Source of the DNA: an uncultured Gammaproteobacteria bacterium
Lineage (GTDB): Bacteria > Patescibacteriota > Microgenomatia > Levybacterales > UBA12049
DNA: 62,779 bases
Assembly: GCA_964540055.1 (NCBI GenBank)
Contig: CAZILC010000008.1
Location: forward strand, 1 to 62,779
Reading direction: 5' to 3'
Part shown: one piece after another, positions 8,899 to 18,142 of the stretch
How the letters are laid out: every line of letters starts with the position of its first letter
How positions within the stretch are numbered: the stretch's first letter is position 1
Made by a program: the position numbers and the translations under genes
The notes under the pieces: model-generated
What the model was told of the DNA's origin: nothing
Database searches by the model: none
What the model saw: the letters and a program-made list of their open reading frames with translations, nothing else

Positions 8899-9756
8899 AT
8901 GAAGAAAATTATTCTTGTTTTTATACTATCTTTTGTTCTGGCATTAGGGCTTTTTTTGGGAATTCAATATTATCTTAATATTCGAGCAGAAAAAGGAGCG
9001 TTGCAGGTTACATCAAGTCCGGCAAGTAAAGTATATCTCAATGATGAATATTTGGGACAGACGCCGCTTTGTAAATGCCAGGCAGCAGATATGGTCGCGC
9101 CGGGAGATTACACTATTCGTTTGGTTCCCCAAGATAGTACACTTTCGGAATTTCAGGAGAAAATTACTGTTTCTCAAGGAGTGCTTTCAGTTGTTGATAG
9201 AAAATTTGGTAAAAACGGTCAATCCGAAGGAAGCATTATTTCTCTTACTCCGCTGGATGATAAATCGCAATCCCAACTACTTGTCGTTTCTTTCCCGCAA
9301 GGTGCAGGAGTTTCATTGGATGATCAAAATATCGGAACGACACCGTTGGACTCAAGCAATCCTACCGAATCTGATCATGATCTAAAAATTAGTAAAGACG
9401 GTTATAATGAAAAAGAGATTAGAATCCGAACGCCAAAAGGTTACAAGCTGACAGTTGCAGCATATTTGAGCACCAATACGGCAAATCTTGCCCCGTTACC
9501 AGCAAGCAGTTCTGCAATTGCTTCACAAGCGCCGGTCAATGCGACTCCTACTCCTGTTAATCGTGTCACGATTCTTTCTACTCCGACAGGATTCCTGCGC
9601 GTTCGCAAAAGTGCTTCTGTCACGGCTGAAGAAGTTGGACAGGTAACACCGGGAAAGTCTTATGAACTGGTTGATCAGCAAGATGGCTGGTTTGAAGTTA
9701 AGATGGATGATGGGACTACGGGGTGGATAAGTGAGCAGTATGCCAAGAAGAACTAA
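8899..9756 (+). CDS. membrane-anchored PEGA-domain protein with a C-terminal bacterial SH3 domain
   Basis: N-terminal TM helix; PEGA-like segments (VYLNDEYLGQTPL, VSLDDQNIGTTPL); SH3b-like end (GWFEVKMDDGTTGWISEQY). Confidence 0.6.
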   Translation: MKKIILVFILSFVLALGLFLGIQYYLNIRAEKGALQVTSSPASKVYLNDEYLGQTPLCKCQAADMVAPGDYTIRLVPQDSTLSEFQEKITVSQGVLSVVDRKFGKNGQSEGSIISLTPLDDKSQSQLLVVSFPQGAGVSLDDQNIGTTPLDSSNPTESDHDLKISKDGYNEKEIRIRTPKGYKLTVAAYLSTNTANLAPLPASSSAIASQAPVNATPTPVNRVTILSTPTGFLRVRKSASVTAEEVGQVTPGKSYELVDQQDGWFEVKMDDGTTGWISEQYAKKN

Positions 9757-9783
9757 GCTGGTGGTGCTCCCGCCGCGGGCTCT

Positions 9784-9865
9784 GAAAGTTTTTTCTCCGT
9801 TGCGATTCACTGATTTATATTTAAAAAAATAATAGAGGAGTTCAGGCGCAACCGAAAAAACTTTC
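9784..9865. terminator. long interrupted inverted repeat between convergent genes (possible bidirectional terminator)
   Basis: GAAAGTTTTTTC (9784-9795) is the perfect complement of GAAAAAACTTTC (9854-9865). GTTGCG (9799-9804) also pairs with CGCAAC (9847-9852). The loop is about 42 nt. Confidence 0.4.
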
Positions 9866-9890
9866 AAATCCCGCTCTTTTAATGAGAATT

Positions 9891-10832
9891 TTAGGCTTTT
9901 ACAAAATAAAGAAGGACCACAACTAGAACTGTCCAGATAACAACTGAGAGAAGAAGCGGGCGGTCTGAGAAAAGGACGCGCTCAGGGCTTTCTCCTTGTT
10001 GTTTTTCGTAGATTAATTGTAGATATCTCATCAGTCCATAAGCAACAGGCACGATTGTTACCATGAGCCATTTGCGCTGTAAATACGTTCCGAGTGCATC
10101 TGCCGGGAAAATGGTGAGATTGAACTGTAACCCCCGGGGATTTTCAAGAAATGTGAATAGGGAATAGGAAATAAAAGTAGAGGTGGCAAAAATTGATAAA
10201 TAAATATCAAGCAATTTATCCGTGTAATGTGAAAGTGTTTTTCGGGTGTTTAATTGCGGACCTGCCTGATGAGAAAGTAAGGTAATTTCGGATCTTCTTT
10301 TGCCGATAGCAAGAAAAATTGAAATTGAGATTACTGAGAGAAGCAGCCATGCAGAGATATGGGTATCACTGACAATTTCTCCCGCAAAAACCCGAAGCAT
10401 ATAACCGGCAGCAAGTGTCAGGATATCGACGATTTCTATATGTTTGAGCCAGGCGGAGTAGGAAATATGCAATAAGAAAAAGACAATTGCAATAATGAAA
10501 AAGGCAGGTTCAATGAGGAAACTAAAAAGTAATGCCCCCACTCCCAGAATCACAGCCAGGGTGATTGCCATATTGACTGAGACATCGTTATGAGCAATCG
10601 GTCGGAATCTTTTGAAAGGATGAATTCTGTCTTTTTCAACATCAAAAATATCATTGATGATGTAAATTGAGCTTGAAAGCGCGCAGAATATGATGACTCC
10701 ATACGTGGTAAGAATAAAGAGATTTATATTAAAAAGTTGTCCACTGAAGAGTAGCGCTGCATAGAGAGCAAAATTTTTAATCCACTGACGTGGACGGAGC
10801 AGCCGGATAATGTCACGAAGATATTTTTTCAT
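9891..10832 (-). CDS. UbiA-family prenyltransferase (decaprenyl-phosphate phosphoribosyltransferase-like)
   Basis: Polytopic protein with the Asp-rich motif NDIFDVEKDRIH. The start MKKYL at 10832 overlaps the upstream gene end by 20 nt. Confidence 0.8.
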   Translation of the reverse strand: MKKYLRDIIRLLRPRQWIKNFALYAALLFSGQLFNINLFILTTYGVIIFCALSSSIYIINDIFDVEKDRIHPFKRFRPIAHNDVSVNMAITLAVILGVGALLFSFLIEPAFFIIAIVFFLLHISYSAWLKHIEIVDILTLAAGYMLRVFAGEIVSDTHISAWLLLSVISISIFLAIGKRRSEITLLSHQAGPQLNTRKTLSHYTDKLLDIYLSIFATSTFISYSLFTFLENPRGLQFNLTIFPADALGTYLQRKWLMVTIVPVAYGLMRYLQLIYEKQQGESPERVLFSDRPLLLSVVIWTVLVVVLLYFVKA

Positions 10833-11910
10833 TTTTCTTGTTTGTAATCGAATGTAAAAAGAGCAGTGCTCCGCCGGTAACAGCAACGACCATAATAATA
10901 GCAAACAATTTACTTCTGCTTTCCAACAGTAAAGAAAGCATACCTAATATACCAGAGATACTCCAATAAAACAATGCAATCTGTCTTTGATTATATCCTA
11001 ATTTCAGTAAGATGTGATGGAGATGTTTTTTATCGCCTTGAAATGGAGACTTACGAGACAGAATTCTTCTGATAATCGTAAACACAAAATCTACAAGCGG
11101 TACGCCCATAACCAGAATTGCTGTTGCTAATTTCGCACTGCTTAGAATTGAAGCAACGCCAAGTAATAAATATAAAGATGTGGCACCAAATCCGGGGAAT
11201 ATTTTTGCAGGATAAAAATTGAAGAAGAGAAATCCAATTGCAGTGCCGGCTATAATGAAGGAAAGTTGCGCGTCAAAATAGCCGCCATGGCCTGCAGGAT
11301 TTAGTTTGAGACTTAAAATACCAATCACTATTGCAGAAATCGCAACAATGCCGGGCATTTGTCCATCAACTCCTTTACTCCAATTCAGCATATTCATAAT
11401 CCATACAAGCCATAAAATTGAAAGAAGATCTGAGAGATACAATGTTATAGATAAAAATGGCAAATGGATTGCGAAAGCATTTAAATGCATGACACCAATG
11501 CTTACAGGATTGGTAATAAAATGAATTGTGACGCCGCTCGCAACAACAATAATTGCTGCAAAAACCTGAACGAGCGTTCTGAAGTAAGGCGAAATATCTT
11601 TTGACTGAGCGTTTAACTTATCATCAACTATGCCTATTGCCATAACAAGAAAAGCCGCAGAAAAGATGGCAAAAAACGTTTGGCTCATCGGGATAAAAAT
11701 AAAACTTGTCAGTAATGCGCCAAAGAATATCGGCAGTCCTCCTCCACGAGGTATTGGTTTTGCGTGAATAATTGCAGGATGTTTATGTAATTTTGGATCA
11801 TCAAGTAAACCAAATTTTTTACCGAGAGGAATAGCCAGAAATGTGAGTACGGTTGTGATTGCAAGTGCAATAAGAAACGGCAGGAAAGCAACAATGGAAA
11901 GGTTTGGCAT
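10813..11910 (-). CDS. glycosyltransferase family 4 (MraY/WecA-type polyprenyl-phosphate sugar-1-phosphate transferase)
   Basis: About 10 TM segments, with IVDDKLN and an NMLNWSKGVDGQ motif typical of the MraY/WecA family. Confidence 0.8.
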   Translation of the reverse strand: MPNLSIVAFLPFLIALAITTVLTFLAIPLGKKFGLLDDPKLHKHPAIIHAKPIPRGGGLPIFFGALLTSFIFIPMSQTFFAIFSAAFLVMAIGIVDDKLNAQSKDISPYFRTLVQVFAAIIVVASGVTIHFITNPVSIGVMHLNAFAIHLPFLSITLYLSDLLSILWLVWIMNMLNWSKGVDGQMPGIVAISAIVIGILSLKLNPAGHGGYFDAQLSFIIAGTAIGFLFFNFYPAKIFPGFGATSLYLLLGVASILSSAKLATAILVMGVPLVDFVFTIIRRILSRKSPFQGDKKHLHHILLKLGYNQRQIALFYWSISGILGMLSLLLESRSKLFAIIMVVAVTGGALLFLHSITNKKNEKISS

Positions 11911-11911
11911 A

Positions 11912-12265
11912 TTAAAGAATTAGTTGTAATGTTCTTATGACAAATATTGTTGATAAAAGTGTACAAAGGAGTGTTGTGATACCCAGTATGCGCGAAACCA
12001 GCGGCATACTAATATATAATTTTCGGAGTAAAAAGTAATTAAAAAGAAAAAAGGCTGTTGTTATCACAAGGGGTAGAAAGAATTCGTATTTTGCACCAAG
12101 TCTCGTATCACCCCAAGGGAGCTGATTAAATAATGGCACAATAGGTGGTGTTTGCAGGAAAAACGCACCAAGTAAAATAGCCTGCAAAAGGAGAATCACG
12201 AAAGAGAACGTCATTCCCCAACGGATAATTTTGTCTGCTTTAACCAAATTAGAGACTTCGTTCAT
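11912..12265 (-). CDS. small integral membrane protein (3 TM)
   Basis: Hydrophobic 117-aa ORF embedded in the operon. It overlaps the upstream gene by 17 nt. Confidence 0.5.
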   Translation of the reverse strand: MNEVSNLVKADKIIRWGMTFSFVILLLQAILLGAFFLQTPPIVPLFNQLPWGDTRLGAKYEFFLPLVITTAFFLFNYFLLRKLYISMPLVSRILGITTLLCTLLSTIFVIRTLQLIL

Positions 12266-13769
12266 AAATAGTTGCCCCTGTTAAGTTGTAACGCATTATA
12301 TAAAGTGGAATAGCAAAGGGCAAGGGTCCAGATTCATTGAGTACAATAATATATTTGGGGCTTTTTTTATTGATCGCCTCTTGTGTCTCATCAAAAGCAT
12401 TATTTTGCGTAATATGATACGTTACCGTATATTTGCCGATAGGAATTTTATGAGAGAGAGCATATACTTCAGGATTGTTTCCCCAGACAAATACTGGCTC
12501 ATTTGCAGTTGTATGCCTTGAAATAAAATTGGCAACAATATAATCTCTTGGTACTTTTTGATCAAAGTATGATTGGTATGCTTCTACATTTTTTTTACCA
12601 CTCAGAAATTGCATGACGTTTTGATAATAAGTAATTGAGCCTGTGAGATTAAACCGAAATTGATACGTCAGGGCAATGACGAGAATTACAATTGCTGCGA
12701 AGATTTTTGTTTTGGTTACAGAAGGGTAGTTGTTAAAAAGCAATCCAATAAACAGACAAAAACTCGGTAAAAAAACTATCGCGTAATGGGTATATGGTCT
12801 GCCGGAAAAATAGGTGTTAAAAAGTGAGAAAAATAACCATAAAAGAATAAACAATTCTGCTTTTGAGAGGCGATTTCTGTTTTTAACAAGTAATCCGATA
12901 CCGGTTACAAGCAGCACTATTTTTAGTACAAGCCAACCCTGTGGAATACCAAAAAGACTGTTTTTCCATGCAACATAATCTACATTACCCAAGAATACTG
13001 ATTGGAAGAAATCTTTTACCGCGAAATGAAAGGCAAAATAAAGTGTTGTCAAAATAAATGGCAGAACAAAACCCAGAATAATAAAATAGGTATTTGGCAG
13101 CAAAGTTTTTGTCCAAAGTTTAAGATTCAAAAATGCAAATTTTTGGCGTTCAGGAAGTTTTAGAATAATCAAAAAAAGGATAAATGCTGTCAAATCAAAA
13201 ACTGCCACAATTTTTAATAGAAAAGCAAGTCCAAGTAATAGCCCGGCTAGAAAAAGTTTTTTAGGGGTTACCTGTTTGTAGCTGGCAAGGGGGAAATTTT
13301 GTTTTGAACTATAGGTAAATATAAGTAATCCAGCCAGGATGACGGGAAGAAGAATAAAGTCTTCGGCGTTGGCGATGTTCGCTTCAAGCAGAGGAGTTGC
13401 AAAGAGTAGTGCAAAAAGCGCTGTTAAAATAATACGGATTTTTTGTTTGGCAAATAATTTTTGTGAGAGAAAATAAAAAGTTATGATTGTCAGAATTCCG
13501 ACTAGTAACGAGAATGTTTTTACGCTCGCTTGATCGCCATTTGCAAATGCATAAATAACATACAGAAGCGGTGGTTTATTATCCCAGATATCTCGGTAAA
13601 GAAGCCGACCATGATCCATTGATTGTCCAATAACTTCATAAATGCCTTCATCTCCATACCAGTAAGGTTCGATGATTGAAGGAAGACGTAAAAAGAAAAA
13701 TACTACACAAAGAAGAATAAGAACCCAGGCAATTTTTTGTTTTTCAATTTTTGCTAGAAGCTTCATCAT
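12249..13769 (-). CDS. GT-C fold glycosyltransferase (ArnT/PMT, GT39/83-like)
   Basis: Polytopic 506-aa protein with a first-loop YWYGDEGIY (DE motif) and a soluble C-terminal domain. Confidence 0.65.
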   Translation of the reverse strand: MMKLLAKIEKQKIAWVLILLCVVFFFLRLPSIIEPYWYGDEGIYEVIGQSMDHGRLLYRDIWDNKPPLLYVIYAFANGDQASVKTFSLLVGILTIITFYFLSQKLFAKQKIRIILTALFALLFATPLLEANIANAEDFILLPVILAGLLIFTYSSKQNFPLASYKQVTPKKLFLAGLLLGLAFLLKIVAVFDLTAFILFLIILKLPERQKFAFLNLKLWTKTLLPNTYFIILGFVLPFILTTLYFAFHFAVKDFFQSVFLGNVDYVAWKNSLFGIPQGWLVLKIVLLVTGIGLLVKNRNRLSKAELFILLWLFFSLFNTYFSGRPYTHYAIVFLPSFCLFIGLLFNNYPSVTKTKIFAAIVILVIALTYQFRFNLTGSITYYQNVMQFLSGKKNVEAYQSYFDQKVPRDYIVANFISRHTTANEPVFVWGNNPEVYALSHKIPIGKYTVTYHITQNNAFDETQEAINKKSPKYIIVLNESGPLPFAIPLYIMRYNLTGATIYERSL

Positions 13770-13792
13770 TTAAAATACCACGTGTCTCAAGA

Positions 13793-13810
13793 GTATCACG
13801 GGTATCACGG
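13793..13810. repeat. perfect tandem 9-mer GTATCACGG x 2 in an operon spacer
   Basis: Read directly at 13793-13801 and 13802-13810. Confidence 0.8.
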
Positions 13811-13828
13811 GCTTTTCAAGGAAGACTT

Positions 13829-15322
13829 TTATGCTTTATCTGTAACTTTATATTCAAGTCTTTTACCAAGCATCAGTTGCGTGTGAGAGATAAGTGCGGG
13901 CAGTGCTGAAAGAAAAAATCCGACAATCGGCATAAGAAGAAATTCCAGAGGAAAAAGAACTTTGCGATAAAGCGGCAGATTTTTGTTAATCGGGCGGTTT
14001 TTATAATCGATAAAAAGCATGGCAAGAAGCGCAACAAGAGCGATACTCAATATTGATCCCGCAAGCTGCGGCAGGCTGAATCCAAGTGTAGTACGGGAAT
14101 ATACAGGGTTGATAACTGCCATAACGTTTGCAGCAATGGTAATAATGAACCAATATGATGGCCAGAGAATATGATCCCACAGGACGTTGAGAGTTAAATT
14201 TGTTTTTCGCCAGAAAGGCACACCTGGTACTGTCAGCCACCATTTGATGAACAAGGGATTGTCAGATACTCCCCATGACCAGCGACGTTCCTGATGATAT
14301 TTATTTTTAAGACTATTAATATAGCCTTTTGAGAGAGCAGCATCCATTGAGGTTTTGAGGAAAATCGGCTCGACCCAGATATTTCCTTTTTTATTGTAAA
14401 ATGCTTTGAAAAATATCCGGTAATCTTCAGGAATGACATCAACATCCCAGAAATCCACGTCTTTTATGAGTCGCATTGAAAGAGAATAGGTTGCATGAGT
14501 AAGCAATCTATCAGGCTGGATCAAAAGAGCCATGCGGAAGAGATTGCCAAAAAAAGAAGTAATTCTTGTTGGAGCCGGAACTTCCCATATGTTATTGTGA
14601 AATACAATTGCTGATTGCCAGAATTTGTTGTACCGTTTTGGATCTTTCAAAAATTTACAGGTAAGATATGCAAAAAATTGCTTATCAAAAATAGAGTCCG
14701 CATCAACAGAGGAAATTGTCGCATAATCGATATCTAGAGGACCGTTTTTAAAAAGTTTGTCATAGACAACCCTTCCAGCAAATGCTTCATTAGATGATTT
14801 TCCTTTTACTTCACCCGGGACATCGGGATGATAGGTTGCAAAAAAACTGCCGAAGGTATCTTTATATTCTTTTGATAAGACATCAGCACGGTGCTTAGCT
14901 TCTACTTCTCGTTGCTCCATGGCAAGTACAATATGCAATTGTTTGGCAGGAAAGGATTGCTTCGCGAGGACATCTATTGTGGTGCGTAATTTCTCAACAG
15001 ATTCTTTATAATTTAAAATAATCAGAATGTGGTGTACGTCCTTAACATGAGCAAGATTTTGAGCCTTTTCATTCCAATCGGTACGTTCTGCTTCTTTGAT
15101 TTTTCTAAAAGCAATTGTCGCGGTAACCACTAACGCAAATGATTTATAAAGCCAATAGACATCAAAGAAGAGAATAAAGTAAGCTAGCGCTGTTGGAATC
15201 AGGAGGGATCCCCAAAACGGAGATAAAATGAGCATCCATGCAACAAAGCCGGGGAGCATTTCTAACGCCCTTTTTGTTTTTATCGGATAACGGGTAAATA
15301 AATTTTCAAAAAAAGTAGTCAT
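13829..15322 (-). CDS. membrane-embedded processive family-2 glycosyltransferase (synthase-type)
   Basis: GT2 signatures are LIILNYKESVEKL...LAKQSFP, SVDADS (DxD) and QERRW (the QxxRW motif of processive beta-glycan synthases). TM helices flank the domain at both ends. Confidence 0.7.
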   Translation of the reverse strand: MTTFFENLFTRYPIKTKRALEMLPGFVAWMLILSPFWGSLLIPTALAYFILFFDVYWLYKSFALVVTATIAFRKIKEAERTDWNEKAQNLAHVKDVHHILIILNYKESVEKLRTTIDVLAKQSFPAKQLHIVLAMEQREVEAKHRADVLSKEYKDTFGSFFATYHPDVPGEVKGKSSNEAFAGRVVYDKLFKNGPLDIDYATISSVDADSIFDKQFFAYLTCKFLKDPKRYNKFWQSAIVFHNNIWEVPAPTRITSFFGNLFRMALLIQPDRLLTHATYSLSMRLIKDVDFWDVDVIPEDYRIFFKAFYNKKGNIWVEPIFLKTSMDAALSKGYINSLKNKYHQERRWSWGVSDNPLFIKWWLTVPGVPFWRKTNLTLNVLWDHILWPSYWFIITIAANVMAVINPVYSRTTLGFSLPQLAGSILSIALVALLAMLFIDYKNRPINKNLPLYRKVLFPLEFLLMPIVGFFLSALPALISHTQLMLGKRLEYKVTDKA

Positions 15323-15344
15323 ACGGGTTTAACAGGGCCACAAA

Positions 15345-16226
15345 CTATACGCTACGCGCTAACTTCTTAAATATAGTATAGACATTTTTATCTATCTGTA
15401 CTACTAGCTCTTCGAAGGAGATATCTTTGAGTTCTGCAATGAATCGTGCAGTCAGTATAACATACTTCGGCTCATTTCTCTTTCCGCGATGGGGTACCGG
15501 GGTAAGATACGGTGCGTCGGTTTCGATGACAATCCTGTCAAGCGGAGTGAGTTTTACTAATTCAGGCAGCGAAACCGTTTCGCCCGGTGCTACTCCTTTA
15601 TAGGTACTGTTGCCATCAAAACCGATTGAAAAGCCTAAGGAAAGTGCATCGTGTAGGACTTCTTTGGATCCGGCGAAACAATGGAACATACCGGGATTAT
15701 CTAATAGTAAGTTTTTGTTTTGCTTAAGAATTGCAATAACATCTTCTCCTGCCTGTCGATTGTGAATCTGTAATGGCAATTTTGCTCTATGTGCAAGTTC
15801 AATCTGAGCTTGAAATATTTCCCGCTGCAGTTTTGGCTCAACGATACCGTTTGATTTATATGAATAATAATCCATTCCTATTTCACCGATTGCCAAAACT
15901 TTTGGATGTTTTGTTAATTTCTCAAGTTCCAAAAGCCAATAATTGGGGTTGACATGCTCAGGTTCTTTTTTAACATCATCGAGTCCTTCAGTTGCTTCAA
16001 CTACTTCTGGATGCTGTCTAATTTTATCCGCATGATGAGGATGGACGCCAACGATGGCAAACATCTGATCATATTTTTCGGCAAGTTCGACTGCCTTACG
16101 ACTTGAAGAGAGCTGTGTGCCGGTATTAATAATTGCAGTAACTCCTTCATTAAAAGCATCTTGAATGACAGCATCGTAATCTTGCTCGAATGCTTTAAAT
16201 TGGAGATGGCAGTGTACGTCTATCAT
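15345..16226 (-). CDS. tatD: TatD-family metal-dependent hydrolase/DNase
   Basis: The protein starts MIDVHCHLQF and has TatD-like motifs GEIGMDY, HNRQA and ETDAPYL. Confidence 0.85.
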   Translation of the reverse strand: MIDVHCHLQFKAFEQDYDAVIQDAFNEGVTAIINTGTQLSSSRKAVELAEKYDQMFAIVGVHPHHADKIRQHPEVVEATEGLDDVKKEPEHVNPNYWLLELEKLTKHPKVLAIGEIGMDYYSYKSNGIVEPKLQREIFQAQIELAHRAKLPLQIHNRQAGEDVIAILKQNKNLLLDNPGMFHCFAGSKEVLHDALSLGFSIGFDGNSTYKGVAPGETVSLPELVKLTPLDRIVIETDAPYLTPVPHRGKRNEPKYVILTARFIAELKDISFEELVVQIDKNVYTIFKKLARSV

Positions 16227-16230
16227 AAGA

Positions 16231-16260
16231 AGTTAAAAGTACAAAGTGAAAGTTAAAAGT
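16231..16260. repeat. perfect 10-mer AGTTAAAAGT repeated 20 nt apart in the metG-tatD spacer
   Basis: Copies are at 16231-16240 and 16251-16260. Confidence 0.8.
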
Positions 16261-17699
16261 TATGTAAGTCTAGGGAATAATGACTCTCCACTTTTAATTT
16301 TTGGTCCTTTGAAAATATTTAGAATTTTTTCAGATGTTTCTGGCATAAAAGGTTGGATTTGTCTAGCTAAGGAACGAAGCATAGTAATTTCTTGTTGAAG
16401 CGTTACCTTAAGCTTGCTCTCGTCTTTTAGGAGCCAGGGAGCATTATCATTTATATGTTTATCAATTACTGATAAACGGACGTTCCACAGATTTTGTAAT
16501 ACGACATTAAATTCGAATTTCTCAAAAGCATCTTTAACTTCATCTGGATAGATTTCCTGTGCTGGTTTTTCTTCTTCAAATTCAAATCCAGAGTTCTCTG
16601 CAAGTTTTGCCACTCGTGCTACTGCATTACCCAAACCATTTGCCAAGTCTGCGTTATATGCGATTTTGAATTTTTCTTCAGAAAAATCTCCATCTGCAAA
16701 GGGTGAAAAATATTTGAGAAAATAGAACCGTAGTGGATCAGCACCGTATTTGTTGATTAGTTCAATAGGATCAATAACATTGCCAAGTGTTTTTGACATT
16801 TTTTGTCCGTTGACGGTGAAATATTCATGGACTAAAAGTTTTTTCGGCAAGTCAAGACCGGCCGAGAGCAAAAATGCAGGCCAATAAACGGCGTGGAAAC
16901 GAATAATGCCTTTGCCAATAACGTGAACATCCGCAGGCCACCATTTTTTATATTCTTCGTCATTCCAGCCAAAACCGATACCACTTTGATAAATGTTGAG
17001 CGCGTCAAACCAAACATACATTCTCTGACTTTCATCACCGGGAACCGGAACTCCCCAATTTTTGGCGCGTTCATTGCTTCGTGAAATACTGATATCCTCA
17101 AGACCTTTTTTGACAAAAGACAGTACTTCATTGCGTCTGAAATCGGGGACAACTTTGAGCTTATTTGATTGGATTAAATCCAATATTTTATCTGTATAGT
17201 TTGATAATTTGAAGAAATAATTTTCTTCTTCAACTTCTTCAAGTTTTTTTCCGGGATGTTCATAACATTCTCCATTTTCATCAAGCTCCTCGCGGGTATA
17301 GAAAAGTTCGCAGCCTACACAATACAAACCTTTGTATTTCTTTTTATAAATATCACCGTTTCTCTCACATAGTTGCCATAATTTTTGTGATGCTGGAAAG
17401 TGATGCGTCCTATCACTGCCTTTTTGAAAAACATCAAACTGGACATTGAGTTCTTTTGCCAAATTTTCAAAAAGTTTGGTATTTTTATCAATAAATTCCT
17501 GAACGGGAGTTTTTTCTTTCTCCGCTGCTTGTACATTTTTTAAGGCATTTTCATCGCCACCACAAAGGAATCTGGTTTCAAAACCTTTTAATTTGTTATA
17601 TCTTACCACAACATCACCTTGCACAAATTCAAGTGCATGGCCAATGTGAGGTTTGGCATTTACATAGGGAATAGCAGTTGTTATATAAAATTTTGCCAT
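16260..17699 (-). CDS. metG: methionyl-tRNA synthetase (short form)
   Basis: The protein starts MAKFYITTAIPYVNAKPHIGHA (HIGH motif) and has the KMSKS motif KMSKTLGN. The start is set at the internal ATG at 17699. Confidence 0.9.
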   Translation of the reverse strand: MAKFYITTAIPYVNAKPHIGHALEFVQGDVVVRYNKLKGFETRFLCGGDENALKNVQAAEKEKTPVQEFIDKNTKLFENLAKELNVQFDVFQKGSDRTHHFPASQKLWQLCERNGDIYKKKYKGLYCVGCELFYTREELDENGECYEHPGKKLEEVEEENYFFKLSNYTDKILDLIQSNKLKVVPDFRRNEVLSFVKKGLEDISISRSNERAKNWGVPVPGDESQRMYVWFDALNIYQSGIGFGWNDEEYKKWWPADVHVIGKGIIRFHAVYWPAFLLSAGLDLPKKLLVHEYFTVNGQKMSKTLGNVIDPIELINKYGADPLRFYFLKYFSPFADGDFSEEKFKIAYNADLANGLGNAVARVAKLAENSGFEFEEEKPAQEIYPDEVKDAFEKFEFNVVLQNLWNVRLSVIDKHINDNAPWLLKDESKLKVTLQQEITMLRSLARQIQPFMPETSEKILNIFKGPKIKSGESLFPRLT

Positions 17700-17758
17700 A
17701 AGTATGCTAAATTGTAACACAAAAGTGAAGCTGGCGCGAGCGTTTTTAGTTTAAAATA

Positions 17759-18139
17759 CTATTTCGCATTTCCACGGCTGGAGACGAATAATTCAAGTGT
17801 AAAGAATAAGGCGAGTAGTAAGATGAGAAAAAATGGATGCGTGAGATGGAAGAGGCGAAAAAGCAGATAGGTTACAACCAATCCTGCAATTAATATGCCG
17901 TGAGCTTTGCTTTTGAAAATAAATGTACCCATTGAAAAGAAAAATATTGCAATGAGAACAAAGAAAAGTAGTATGGGTGGGAATTGAAGATAGTTATCCA
18001 AAGAAAAAGGTAGGTTTTGTACCGATTGCGGAAACGTGAGGGATGCATTGGGCGCAAAGAAATAGATTAGTGAAGCTAGTGTGAACAAACTAACCAAGCT
18101 GATAAGTAATAGAGAATACGGTCTTGTCCGGTGTCTCAT
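17759..18139 (-). CDS. integral membrane protein (4 TM), unknown function
   Basis: Hydrophobic 126-aa ORF located 3 nt downstream of the Cys-rich pilin-like gene. Confidence 0.5.
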   Translation of the reverse strand: MRHRTRPYSLLLISLVSLFTLASLIYFFAPNASLTFPQSVQNLPFSLDNYLQFPPILLFFVLIAIFFFSMGTFIFKSKAHGILIAGLVVTYLLFRLFHLTHPFFLILLLALFFTLELFVSSRGNAK

Positions 18140-18142
18140 GGG

